From: Daphnia carinata
Lineage: Eukaryota
Direction: 5' to 3'
Assembly: GCF_022539665.2 (NCBI RefSeq)
Contig: NC_081331.1
Location: 4,774,001 to 4,838,000 of the forward strand
Length of the DNA: 64,000 bases
A program made the position numbers and the translations under genes. Under the pieces are notes generated by a model that made no database searches, was not told where the DNA came from, and was given only the letters and a program-made list of their open reading frames with translations. The first letter of the stretch is position 1; every line of letters begins with the position of its first letter. Below, piece after piece: positions 12,001 to 24,433 of the stretch.

Positions 12001-15000
12001 TGGAACTCTCGGGGTCGAGCCCTTTCTGACTCAGGTCCAGCCAAGAAAGCCAACCTTTTTCTTAAACAGTCGAATGCAAGAAAGAAAGGGGAAACAGCGA
12101 CAATGGGTACGTTCCCCCCCAAAAAAGAAGGAGCTTCTAAACTATAGGCAAAGGACGGACACGTCCTGCCCTTGTTGATTTGCCGTTGAAATTGAGCCGT
12201 TTTCTTTCCTCACACAGGACACAATCAGATGAGCACTTTGTTTTGTTTTGTTTTTTGTTTTTGTCTTTTTGTTTTTTTCGTTTTGTTGCACAAAGTTCAA
12301 AAACTGAATGATGAATAGAGTCAAGAGTCTGTGAAGAAACCGCACGTCTGAACTGTGGAGGCACTCGACGAGGCGGGCAAGCGAGCAGACCGTCAAGTGT
12401 TCTATATGAACTGCCGGGGCGAATCGGAATGCAGCCCCCTTTGCCCTCTCATCCGACACAAATAGAAAAGGTTCCAAAGAGTCTCGCAGTTCAGCATAGA
12501 AGGAGGAATAATCAAAACATAAGAAAGGGAGGTGGATAGAGGTAGATATGTACTGCAGCGGATGAAAGAAAAGCAAAATAAAGAAATATAAGAGGAAAAT
12601 AACAAACAAAAACAAAAAAAGGGGGAACAAAAATCTGGTTGAACTGCAACTACAACTCAACACACGCCTAATAGCTCCGCGTCGCCGCACTCGGCTGCTG
12701 CTACTGTTTCACTGCTGACCGGTTCGGTCTTGACCTGACCGTGACCGACAGACTCTTAGAGTCTTTTCCAACATTGGGGGCTTTGCTGAACTACACAGTC
12801 GTGTGGGAGGAGTCATGCGCTTCTGCGGGACGTGCATGGCGTGTGTTAAAAAAAAAAAAGAAAGAAAAAGTAGAGAGAAAAAGAAAAGAAACCCTCCGGA
12901 AAAATCCAGCTGGCACGAGATCCCACGGCGTCTGACGACGCTTGCCCTCGTCCAATCCTGGGTCGGCCCGTCTTTTTGCCGCAGCCATTGGCTGGCGCGC
13001 GCATCACTCAAAAAAGCAGCGGCAGTCCAAATCACGTGACCTGACGGTTTGCCTTTGCAATCGCTCTTGTCTGTTGCTCTCTCTCTTTCTCTCTCTACTA
13101 TTTACCATTACTACTACGGCTACTATACGCACGGCTATACTATGTGTGTATACCATACACCTCCATCTCACGGACATGTACAAGTTGGCACCCCTCCCAA
13201 AAATTGGCCCTCTTCAACCCCACCATCAAACACGCGACGCGCATCTATTGATGAGATTTCCCTCTTTTTTTTTTTTTGTGTTGTTGTTACTTTTATTTTA
13301 CGTTCGGCTCTGTTTCGATTCATTATGGATGACGACTCAATCAGGCCAGTCTAGCGAGTCTAAACGAATGCCTAATGCTGTTGGAATATTATATCTAGCC
13401 CCCAATGGTAGGGGATAATAAAAACAAGAACCATTCATAAATGACGAGCGCGATGAACGAGTCAATCTTCCTTTTTTTTTTTTTTTTTTCGTGTGTGCTC
13501 CGAATGATTTGAGCTAATCGAGGAAAAAAAAAGAGGGAGAAACGGTTCACCAGATCGGAGCGTATCGCAAAAATATAAACAGCAATTGTATATGTAGGAA
13601 AAGAATCTAGAAAAAAAAAGGTTCACATGTTTCGTCACGGCCAGAGAGAAAGAGAGTGAGAGAAAGAACACAAGAGTTCATCATGCTCAGTCGGTCATGA
13701 AATTTAGCCTCGTCTGTTATGATATGTCGGGTAGTTCTTAGCCTTTTTATTGAGTATTATATATCTCGTTTATCTACTCAAAATCAGCTATTCTGAATCT
13801 TTGAATTGTTAATTTAGTCGATAAATACATCCGATTTGTTCTATATGTAGAATCATCGAACTACTTAGCGATTCAATTACAAGGCAAACCAACAAAACGT
13901 CAAGAGGGCTATTTGCTCTTGTTGAAAGCGGATTTAATCTACGCACACCATCCAAACGTTATAGTAGCTCTAGGTGGAAGGGTCGTTCAAAAAAATAGGA
14001 TATCATGCGAACACGGGGATTTCCAGGTCAACTCGAACAACTTTGCCCATTGATCGAAAAGAATTGAAAAGAAGCGCACAATCGTGATAGAGTCAAGAGC
14101 TATAGGGGGGAAGTAAATCAGGACACCCCATCATGATCTAGCCTACATATACTAGCGTGTACAACAGCCAAGTGAGTGCGCAGTCTATTCAAACGGTGTG
14201 CTGCGAGTAACTCATTAGACCTGACTGAATCCGTACGGCTGTTTGTCTCCCTCTCTGTTTCCCTATTCGATCGAACAGGGGAAAGGTCGAACTTAGGGAG
14301 AGTGTCGATATAGATAGCACAACTGTATTACAAGAATAGGTAGGAAGAGGACAAAAAAAAAAAAAAGAAAGAAAGGAGGGGGATTGACTCTCTTTGAACA
14401 GATGAATGGAAAAGGCCAGCATCGAGTGGCCCTATCGGTGTCAAATCCGTCGACACAATAGGCTCTCCGACCCGAGCGATTTCGGGGGCCCTGGAATACC
14501 AGCTATTTATGTATATCGATGGCTCTCTTGTCCTCTTCTATAGACACGCATACACACTGTATTTAAGGGCAAAAAAGAGGAATAAAGAAGCAGTGGTGGC
14601 GGCAGCTGAATGAAACTTTTCACACTATAGACATTGGCGCGCATTTCATACTGTTGTCGTATGTAGTGAATATAAATGCCAGCCATTGATCTTTTTTGGT
14701 TCTTTTTTTTTTCTATATAGTAATACCTTCTCTCACTCTCTTGACTCCTCTCCATTTATCGATGGAACATTGAGCCACTGTCTGCTGGCACTCCAACGGT
14801 ACAACACAAAAAGCACATACACACAAATACAAGAGCAGTGGCCTGTCAGACACTGCATTGAAAGAGAACACCATTCCATCTCTCGGTCCCTCTCTTCCAT
14901 GTATGTCCCTTTTTTTTTTTTTTTTTTTTTTTATTTATTTGTGTGTTATCCCAGTGAAAGTCAAACTACATTATAAAGCCCTTTAGTTCATATTCCCCCT

Positions 15001-18000
15001 ACGTATGCAATGATTTTAATATCAAAACGGTTTTCTTCTTCCCCTCCGCCCTATTGTATTACCACTGTCTGTTGTGCGACATAGTGAGCAGATTACATAA
15101 GCACACACACGGGATTTAGTACCATTTCATGAAGTGCTTTAGAATAATACCCTTGCGTAACGACGTCTGTCTTAACTAACGGTGACCTGATAGTCTTCCG
15201 AGTATTTAATCGAAAAATAAAAAGAAAAAAGAAGTTTCACAAAAATTGAGTTGAACAACGTCGACTGTAACAAGGACAGCTGCGCCGGAACCGTATTACT
15301 ACACAGAGCTGCATTCCAGTGAGCGAACAGCACACGCCCGCTCTCCTCTATACACTCAGCTGGCCATTGATCGACGAGAAAATGGGAAAAAAAAAAAAAG
15401 AGAAAAGACGCGAAAAGAAAAGAGAAATTTCACTCCATCACTGGGACATTTTCGATTTTTTTTTCTTCAGAGAAGAGAGAAAGGAAGAAAAAAAAAAAAA
15501 AAACCCAGGTCTCTGAGGAGTACATACATGTACTCGATGTATTGTACACGACGAACGTCAACCACGTTGACAGCAATTCAAAATGTGTGTACGTTTGGAA
15601 GCTGTATAACCATTCTGCGTTTGATTGGACATGAAATAAATCTGGCGCTGCGAAGGTTTTTTTTTTTTCTTTTTCAGCGGCGCAAACGAGAGGAAAGACG
15701 GAAGAAAAGAAAAGAAATGCCCTACCCAATCGGAATGCAAGTGGACGGGGGAATCGACGTTTGCATTGAACCCCATGCCTGACATCTTCATTTCACAGAG
15801 TGGAACGCTAGAAAAATGGACACGTATAGGCCTACTGTATTTCGCGCCAGCAATAGGGGCATAACACGAATACCATAGAAAATTGCAACGACAAAAGCAA
15901 AGAATAAAAATCAAATTCTTATTGAGCTCGAAAAGAAAGAAACACTGCGAATAGGTGTGCAAGTAGAAGGCCCAGAAGGCCCCAACCGCCAGTTTTCTAA
16001 TGGCTTTGACCCGTGCGCAATGGGACTTATTGTAACAAGTCTGCCAAACGATTAGGCAAAAGAATAAGAAACACAAATGATGATGATCTTTTGCGTACTG
16101 AACTCGGGGTAAACACACACAAGACCCATGTATGAATGGTGTAAAATAAACCACAAAACAACATCGGAAAAGGCCAGACAACCAGAGAGTGATAGGTTTC
16201 TTCCGACGTGGGACAATTCGTCTGTGTCAAACTCCCTAGTCTTCTGTCTCTCTCTCTCTCTACTTACACACACACAAAAAAAAGTCTTGTGTGTCTATTA
16301 CCCTAGACAATATTATATACTCCAGCGGCGGCAAACGAGTCACTATCATACAAGGAGGAGGCAAGAAAAAAAAAAAAAAAGTGTCACTCGTTGTGTCTTC
16401 ACACAAACATATGGGAGGTCATGTCAGTTGTCTCGCGTGTCAAAAGAACGGCGGGTGCTGTTGGATAAAGACGAAAAAAAAAAAAAAATAAAAAAAATAA
16501 AAAACCCGCAAGCCGACGTCAATGGTTCCAACTCCGCCCCAACCATCCGCCCAAACACCCTTAGTAGCGTATACTTTGCTTTGCACTGTTCAAATTTCTC
16601 TTCTTTCTTGAATTGTTTGGCTTTGGGCCGCATCAGCGCAAACACACGAACATTCCTTGTGTACACACACACAGCCCCCAAAGTTGATGGGATAACACAG
16701 CGTACATACTAGCAGATAGATATGTATTACATGTGTAAGCTGAGGATTTTTTTTTCACCAGTAGCGGGAGCCAACCCCCTTCACCGCTCTTTTGAGCGGC
16801 ATCCCCCGACGTCAGTTTCCGCTCGTTTACAAAAAAAAAAAAAAAAAAAAAAAAGAAAGATATGCCTACTGTGAAATATGTTCCGTTTCCCTTCTTTTTT
16901 TTTTTTTTTTTTTCTCTCTCCCGCGATTTGATTTGTTTGCTGGCCCAAGTTTTTAAAAGAAACTACACTAACGCAGCAAGCTAAGGTAAGAAAAAAAAAA
17001 CCAGTACAGGCCTATGTTGCAATGCCCCTCCGAAGAGAAGATAGGGTTTGAAAAATAAGCAATGGCTTGCACGCTCCAACCGTTTTGCGCGCGCCTCCAG
17101 TCCACTTTTTTTCTTTTTTTTTTCTTTCTTTTTTTCGAATGTAGAACGTTCTCCTATATGTGCTGCAGAGCGTGTCGAAGTCGCACATGCTGTTTGGTTT
17201 GAAACGGCACGGTGCATAGAAAATAGGGAGAGTGACAACAACGAAGCGCGTTGTTTCATCTTCGCTCGTCTTCTTATTCTTCTTCATTTTCGACCGATTA
17301 CACCCTCCACTTTCAATTGCGACGAGGCGAAAAATAAAAAGGAACACAAAAAAAAGGGGGTAGCTTTAAAACATCTGTTGCCATTCGATCCACTTCATTG
17401 ACCAATCATCTGTTGTGTTAACCTCGCCGTTACCGCTGCCGCCCATGGCGCCTGACGTCGCCGCCACCCAGCGCAAATATGCCCTCGGGCGTCTGGTCTC
17501 CGATGGCTGTTGACTTCATTAGGCTATCATAACTGAGCATTCTGTCGCTTACTATTACTCTACTGTGCACAAACTGCCGGCCTTTTTTCTCTATATCTAT
17601 ACAGAGATTCATAGCCTCCCCCCTCCCCACCGTTTTCTATCAAATTACGGAGGGAAGACACGAAATATGCGAGGGCGCCGAAATGCGACTAATCGCGCAC
17701 GTCAGTTCTTTAATTTTCACAGGTATTCGTGTTCATTGAAAAGCCAAAAAAAAATCGTTGCCAAAATGAGGAGAGATTCAAAAGCGCTCCGCAATGCAAG
17801 TTTCGTCACGGAAGGGAGCAATCACGCAAAGAAATATCGTGGCGAACGGGACAGGGGTGGAGCTGAGTTTAGGCAACAAAAAGACAAAAAATTATATTGA
17901 CTGCGCAATTAGGAGAGGTTCCAAGAAACATTGGGCAAGTGAAGAGAAAGCCAGTTGACATGGATAGAAAGCAGGGCAGGAAAAAGGGAATGTTGGCGCT

Positions 18001-21000
18001 AGGATCACACGCAGTTAGCCGAAAAATCTTTTCTTGTTCGGCTGTGTCGTGATCAAGACCGAACGCCTTTCGTCTGAGCTCGCAACTCGTGACCACCCTC
18101 AAATTAAAAGAAAAAGAAAAAAAAAAAAGACTTGGTCGCCTTCTTAATTTGCTATTTTTTTTCTTTTGTTTTGTTTTGTTTCTTGAAAACAATAGTTAGG
18201 GATTCAGGCTTAAGAGGTACGACGAAAGTGTATAACTCGGTAAGGAGAAAAGGCCAACTATCGATTCATTCGTTCGTTATCAATATGGCAGCGCGAACGA
18301 AAGAAAATGAAGTAGAGTGATTACGACCCGATTACAGTACACAACCAACTTTTGCTCTTTTCTCTTTCACTTTCATTTGAATCCGGTTTCCCTTTCACTC
18401 ACTGTATTTTGTCTTTTCTTTCCCGAGTGCTGTAAATATATTTAAAAAAAAAAAGGGCGGGGCCGACTTTTATGGGCGGACGGAGAGAAAAAAAAAACGA
18501 AATGAGGAAAAAATAAAATAAAAAAAAAAGACAACAAATGCGACGACAAAAGTTGGAGAGAAGTGCAGAAATAAAAGTCAGTGAAAAAAAAAAAAACAAT
18601 AAAAAAAAAAGTGGAAGCACAACGACAATCTAATGCGACTCGGGAGCGGAAACATTTGTAAAAGGCACACAGTCGGAGCGTGGCAAGGCCATGCAAACTT
18701 GTACACATACGCATAAGCACTAGACAGTTTGCGGGATAAAAAAAAAAAAAAAGAGCGAGAAGAAGAAGAAGTATCGAGTCTGTCAAGGCATCAAAAGACC
18801 ATTTCTATGCTAATCACCTCTGCTCGTCTACTAGTCGTGCCTTGCGCGTTCCAACCAATCGGTTCTCTTTGGTTGTCTTGCTCATTGACGAATTACGATG
18901 GAAAGTTAAACACACAACACGGTACCCGCCGCCACGAAGTATAAATAGAATGGGGAAGAAACAAGGAAAAAAAAAAAATTTTAAATATAAAGGCAACCAG
19001 TATAGGGTCATATAAGACGTCGGTGGTGGTGGTGGTGGTTACGGCCACCGCCAGCCCATCGCCAATGATGGATGGCCAATCGGCGAGGAAACGACGTTGG
19101 TTGTAGAAATGAATCAAGACGCATCAAAAGCCATTCGTCTCGCCGTTGCCCGACACGCGACCGTCTACCCGAAATCGTCAACAATAAAAAAAAAAAAAAA
19201 AAAGGAAAAGAGGAGAGAACATAAAAAAAAAGAGAGACACGTCATACTTCGTCATGGGCTCTGTAAGCTTGCAGCTATAACACGAAGAAGAAGAAGAAAA
19301 AAAAAAGAGAAAGACCTAACGGGAAATTTAAATATTCTTTGCCAATCGGACGAAGAGTAACAAATAGAAAGCAACGGACGGAAGTTCCCATCCGGTTCAA
19401 AGGTGACGACGCCACTCGTTAGATGGCAGCACATATCGCTTCTTTTTTCCCCCTTCTGATTTCTTAAAATAATTTAAAAAAAACTGATGACAAGTGCGAA
19501 AGACTGTGAGATGGAAGAGATTCTCACCTTCTCAAACAAAACAAATCTCCATGCATCCGGCTTCCAGCAATAGAAAATCCACATTTTCCGGCTAGAGGCC
19601 ATGAGCTGGGAAGATCGTCTTCGGCTCTGCTCGCAGCGAGCGCGTACGTAACACACGATACCGGTGCGAAACTTTTCCTACTGGCCACAAACAACAACAA
19701 CAACAACAAAAAAAAAACCCACGGTCTCCTCGTCCAAATCATCTTACACACACGCACCCTCAGTTCCTCGAAGAGAATGCCGTTTGGTCGTCGAGACTCC
19801 CGTTTCTTTTTTTTTTTTTTTTTACATATTCATTTCAAGAAGACGTCATTTGTATTCAAGCCTCACGTTATATACCGTAGTAATTCAAGGTAATAGATAA
19901 GCGGCTACTGCTAAGTATACTGTGGCTAATCACCGTGGAATGCATCGATAATCGACGGAAATCATTTAAAGAATCAGGGAAATTTTTGTTTTCTTTTTTT
20001 CGTGGGGGGGGGGGGGGGAACCAGGAGAAATAAGCGGAGATGATCGAGACGAGGTTCGTTTTTGGTCGTATTGTAATTTTTCTTTCTCTTTCTTTTTTTT
20101 TTTTATATTTGACGGGGAGCGGATGGATTTCCTCAATCGACCGGAAAATGATTATTGTCATCTTTTTCTTATGTTTTTTTTCTTTTCTCTTGTTCTTTCG
20201 GCCTCTTATTCCCATTCCCGTAACCGACAGCAGCCCGCCCCTCGAAGCTTCTAACAAAAATCATTCTATTCACCATTTGAATTCTTTCAAATGTCTTGCC
20301 TCCTATTTTCGAAATTCTCCTTCCTTCCTCGTTTCTCTATCTCACTAAGATGATTATACTTTGTCTCACCTTTTCCCCCCCCCCCTCCCCCCTCTCTCTA
20401 TTCAGTTTGAATTTACCGCTCCTCCCTCCCCACCTTGTTACATTTAAATTTCGATGCTCTCATTTTCAGGCGATCCCCGCTGCCACTCGTTTATTTAAAA
20501 AATTATATAAAAAAAAAAAAAATCAGAACAGGTCACAATAAGCGTGCCTGCCTATACAATTGTGGCCGTGTAGAGCATCTCCCTGGACAGAAATCGGCAG
20601 ATCCCTTCTTTGTAGATAGGGAACAAGAAGGGAAAGAGGGAGGCTATGAGGGGTTTGGAAACATCATAAGGCAAACCGCACACACGTAACACGTCCGGAA
20701 TGCGCTTCACTCTAGATAGGTGCACGCAGAAGAGATTCCCATCGCCATTCAAACAATTTTTTTTCTTTCTTTTTTTCTTCCGACTTGATTATTTTTTTTA
20801 TTATAATATATGACTACTTCGACATCTTTTTTTTTTTTTTTTTTTTTTTTCGTCATTCTATTTCAGTCCTACGTTTCAAGAAATTCCTTACTATATTCGT
20901 TGGTTAGCCTCGGCTAAGGCTTGTGCCCTGCTGAACGATACAAATGACAACCGGAAAGACGGTCGTCTTCCATCAAGAGATATTCATTCATTGTAAAATG

Positions 21001-23781
21001 AAACAAAAAAAAAAAGAAAATGAAGTAAAAGAAGTGGCCGACAAATGCATAACTCTATTAGCGGCCGCTGACGTTTGTGACATCGGCCTCTCGATCGTCT
21101 ACCGCTGATAGATGATCAACGAATGTTTGAATAGGCAGACGATAAAGCTGAAAGCGATGGGTAAGCGCAAACAAGGCAGAACTTGTAGCAAAGGGCGAAA
21201 AGAAAAGGTTGAACGTAGAAAAAAAAAAAAAGGGAGACCACAAGAGGAGACCACCAGGTCAGGTTTCATCGTGGAGGGTCAGCGGGAACGAACGTATCGA
21301 AAACAAGGAGGAGGCAACAAGAAAAAAAAAAAAAAAAAATGAAAGGAAATCATTCGGTAGTTTCTCTTTCAGATAGAAAAACTTAAAAAAAACAAAAAAC
21401 AAATGGGTTTCGTCTTGGATTGTGTGGATATGGAATTAAAAGGTCGGGCACGTAAACGAATGGGAGAAACTACTTCGTTATTATGACACAAACATCTGTC
21501 ACGGTAGAAATAAAACCCAAGGGAATGAATTTCGACGATCTATTGGAGATGAGTTTGAAAAAAAAAAAAACTAAAGACAGGGCCGACAAGTAACGCACCT
21601 ACGTAATCGAGTTATTTTCAAGCGGGAATTTTAAATGAACGTCAAATCAATTTTCCCCATTCATTTTGAAAACGTGATAATGCTATTCGACACCTTCAGC
21701 AAAATAATGCCCAACTTTTAATAGTTACACAATAAAACAATCTCGCAATAGATCTCGCAATCGCACTAAAATTAAGAAATTCAAAGAAAAGGCATGGTTC
21801 GCAGGGGCCTTCTCTTCCGTCTCATTCCATTAAGAACTATAGAAAGAGAGAGAGAGAGAGAGAGAAAGAGAAAAAAAAGGGAGGAGGTTTAGGATTGTTT
21901 TCAGAGCCATGATTTATTTAGGAAAGGCGTGTGCTGAAGAGGTTTCTATTTTTCCAAAAAGAGCTGCAGAGAAGCGGCTGCTCTCTTGGAAATCGAATGG
22001 TATTATATCTACAAGAGGGTTATTATAGAGGCAGTATAAATCATCGGGATTCCGTAGCTAGCGATGGCCAAACATCACCAGAAATTTTCTCTCATCTGCC
22101 GGGCTAACTTTTTTTTTTTTTTTTTTTTTTTTGAAACAGAAAAAGAAAAACCTTTTAGCTGTTTTCGTCCTATTGCCTTCGCTTGAAACTCCTCCCACTT
22201 CTGGCCTTGTTAAATGAAGCCATTATCATCAACAACCCGTTGAAAGAAAAGTAGAAAAAAAAAAAACGCAAAAATGTTGTTTTTTTTTTTCAAAAAGAAA
22301 AATGAATTTGTCGGTAACGGGAAGTTGAGAACGAATATTGTTTTGATGACGTAGACGATCTCGCCATCCAAAAGATACTCCACCTTCGGATGCGTCTGTT
22401 AGCCCCGGTCCAATTTTCCCTCTTGCTCAACACGAATACGTGAAAAAAAAAAAACATGAAAGAGAAGAAAAAAAAGGCGGGGAATTTGAATTTAAAAAGA
22501 AAAAAAAAAAAAAAAAAAGTTCCAATCCGGATGTCGTGGTGTTCCTCCAGTTTCTTTTTTGCGGCTTACAGCCGCTGCACGAGAAGAGATTGAGACGGAT
22601 TCGAATCCGGCCTTCTCGCGACACTCTAGTTACAAAGGCAACCTGATGTTCTTCTTGTCGTCTATTCTACACACCCTCCTTTGTCGGGGCCAAGCCCCGC
22701 TTTTTCTCTCTTTTTTTTCACGTTCTCTTCTCAAAAGAAAAAAAAAAAAAAACGGGCGACGCCAGTGGTTTTGGGGGGGGGGGGGGGGGGGGGGGGGGGA
22801 TAGAATATACATAATTTTCTTTTTTTTTTTTTTTTTTGAAAGATACAAAACAGTGAAATATCACAGCGAGAGAAGAAAAAGAAGAAAAAAAAGGGACCGA
22901 GATTGATATCATCATTTGATACCTGCGACCGGGAATTATTTAAAAGACAGCAACATGTATATCCTCTATAGTATTTCGACCTCCCTTCTCGCCCCCTTTC
23001 TTTCCTTATTCTTTTACGTGTATCTCAATTTTCTTCGTGACAAAGTAAAACAAAGGAAGCTTTTCCCCTTTAGGAACTGACAAATCAGAAAAAAAAAACA
23101 AAAAAAAAAAAACGGTTGGAACATTTGAAGATTCGATGTGGGAGGGCCAGTTTTAAATGTCATCTTGTTACTTGGATCAAATGCCCATTTTTCTCGCCTG
23201 GACAATTGTATCGGAATGGCTCACCGGATGAACATAGAAAAAAAATAATCCGTTTCCACTATACATTAACTTAATCTTTGATAGCCTTCCTCCAAAAAGA
23301 AAAGAAAACAAACAAATAAAAAAAACGGACGTTTAACGGAATGGAACAATGGCCAACTTTGCTGTTGTTGTTTTTGGCGTTCCTCGTCCTTTCCGTTCGC
23401 TTGAAAACGTCGTGAACGTTTATCACATCAAAAAAAGATAGTGAAGAGAATCTGACGTGAGAATGATCACGGAAGGCAAAGGGGTGGTGGCAAAAAAAAG
23501 GGAACGAGGACTCGAAACCCAAGAGATGGAAGACACAGGAAGAAGAGGGCGCGCTGTTGGTGTGGCTGACTTTGCGTTTTTTTTTTTTTTTCACTCCCCC
23601 CTTCTCATCCCCCTCTATTTCACATCCCCCTTTCTAAAAAAAAACATTTTCTAGAAAAAAAAAAAAAAATGTTCCAGGTGAAGGGAGGGAAATCTATATA
23701 AGGGGGATATTACGGAGAGTGTTTCATATAAATGACAACTTCCGTCGCGCGCCCAGCAGGAATTACAAAATAATAATAATA

Positions 23782-23827
<46 letters not shown>

Positions 23828-24433
23828 AAGAGAAGGACTTCTACTTCTTCCACTTTATCCTCCTCTTCTTTATCCGTCCATTTTTCATCTGGCTTTTGTG
23901 GTCAAAGTGCGTGTACACCAGATAAATAATAAATACAAGTGAGACGAAAAAAATGGGATAGTATGCGCGGCCGGCCGTTTCTTAAATAGCAGAAATCGTG
24001 GCTCGTTACGTCTAAACTAGTAGACTGGGATTAGCTGCCTCTCCTCGCCAACAATCAGGCATAATCAAAAGGCCTATCAAACCAATCAGCTTAAGCGCTT
24101 CGGGCTTTGTCTGATTGTCAATACGTTTCTTGTTAAAGAAAGTGGCTCTCGGGATTTTGTTCGGCCAACACGAATTCTCGGTAGATGTAAGCCAAATCAA
24201 GTCAAATTCAAGTTACGATCGTCAAACAATTAGGCCCCCCCACCAAAAGAAGAAGAAAAATAAAATACAGGTCGACGTTGAGACTCACGTTTTTTCTTGG
24301 AATCGTCTCCGCTGCCTCCGCCGCCTCCGCCAGACGACATGTGCATCATTTGCGCGTTCTGGTGCATCTGCTGCTGCTGCTGCTGGGACTGCGGAGCCAT
24401 TCCAGCAGGGCCGTTTACGTCCATGCTGATCAT
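1..24433 (-). CDS. Pax2/5/8: Pax2/5/8 paired-box transcription factor (shaven/D-Pax2 orthologue), multi-exon, 3'-truncated by the window edge
   Basis: Spliced model: [24433-24289 or 11694-11640] + 10373-10208 + 8437-8240 + 4300-3930 + 1646-1558 + 1466-1094 + 925-821 + 422-1. It stays open for 623 codons (distal start) or 593 codons (proximal start) to the window edge. Complete paired domain with Q42/R44/H47 ([10 protein letters not shown], not the Pax6 I/Q/N) and the Pax2/5/8 octapeptide YSINGILG. Confidence 0.96.
821..925 (-). CDS. Pax2/5/8: Pax2/5/8 coding exon (105 nt)
   Basis: GAGTAG| acceptor and AAG|GTAAGA donor, phase 1-1. Encodes (G)[34 protein letters not shown]. Confidence 0.85.
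1094..1466 (-). CDS. Pax2/5/8: Pax2/5/8 coding exon (373 nt), Q/G/S/T-rich putative transactivation region
   Basis: TGGCAG| acceptor and CG|GTAAGT donor, phase 0-1. Encodes [20 protein letters not shown]...[11 protein letters not shown]...[27 protein letters not shown]. Confidence 0.9.
1558..1646 (-). CDS. Pax2/5/8: Pax2/5/8 coding exon (89 nt) carrying a vestigial homeodomain-like segment
   Basis: Poly-T TAG| acceptor and AGC|GTAAGC donor, phase 1-0. Encodes (D)[29 protein letters not shown] and bridges the two flanking exons in frame. Confidence 0.88.
3930..4300 (-). CDS. Pax2/5/8: Pax2/5/8 coding exon (371 nt): end of paired domain, linker, octapeptide, basic NLS-like KRKR
   Basis: CTTTTAG| acceptor after poly-T and ACG|GTGAGT donor, phase 2-1. 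Encodes (R)[11 protein letters not shown]...[28 protein letters not shown]. Octapeptide at 4005-3982. Confidence 0.95.
8240..8437 (-). CDS. Pax2/5/8: Pax2/5/8 paired-domain exon 2 (198 nt; linker and RED subdomain)
   Basis: TGTTTAG| acceptor and CAG|GTAAAA donor, phase 2-2. Encodes (R)[65 protein letters not shown](R). The ORF track misses this frame. Confidence 0.97.
10208..10373 (-). CDS. Pax2/5/8: Pax2/5/8 paired-domain exon 1 (166 nt; PAI subdomain)
   Basis: GGAACAG| acceptor and CAG|GTACTA donor, phase 1-2. Encodes [54 protein letters not shown](R). Confidence 0.97.
11640..11694 (-). CDS. Pax2/5/8: Alternative (proximal) first coding exon of Pax2/5/8
   Basis: ATG in strong context GCCACG-ATG-G, then 18 codons ([18 protein letters not shown]) plus 1 nt, then a GTAAGA donor. 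Phase 1 joins the paired box as ...YYTCHGGVNQ. Confidence 0.78.
11930..13050 (-). promoter_or_regulatory. Candidate proximal promoter region for the short-N-terminus isoform
   Basis: Minus-strand arthropod Inr matches TCAGTT (11935-11930) and TCAGTC (11987-11982). A GC-richer block at 12660-13050 has CCAAT motifs, TCACGTGA and clustered TGACC. The start site cannot be resolved from sequence. Confidence 0.35.
22773..22799. repeat. Poly-G tract (about 27 G)
   Basis: Uninterrupted G run read directly. Confidence 0.9.
24289..24433 (-). CDS. Pax2/5/8: Alternative (distal) first coding exon of Pax2/5/8 (whole exon 24483-24289)
   Basis: Long poly-T tract then TTTTAG| acceptor (24485-24484) and AAC|GTGAGT donor in phase 1. 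Encodes [48 protein letters not shown] and joins as KKKRHGGVNQ. The second ATG (24424) has the better Kozak context. Confidence 0.8.

Noticed and set aside
19474..19757. Strong minus-strand donor AAG|GTGAGA at about 19527 as a possible third first exon
   Set aside because: The phase-1 frame needed to join the paired box has a TGA just upstream of the donor, and the open frames are phase 0 or 2.
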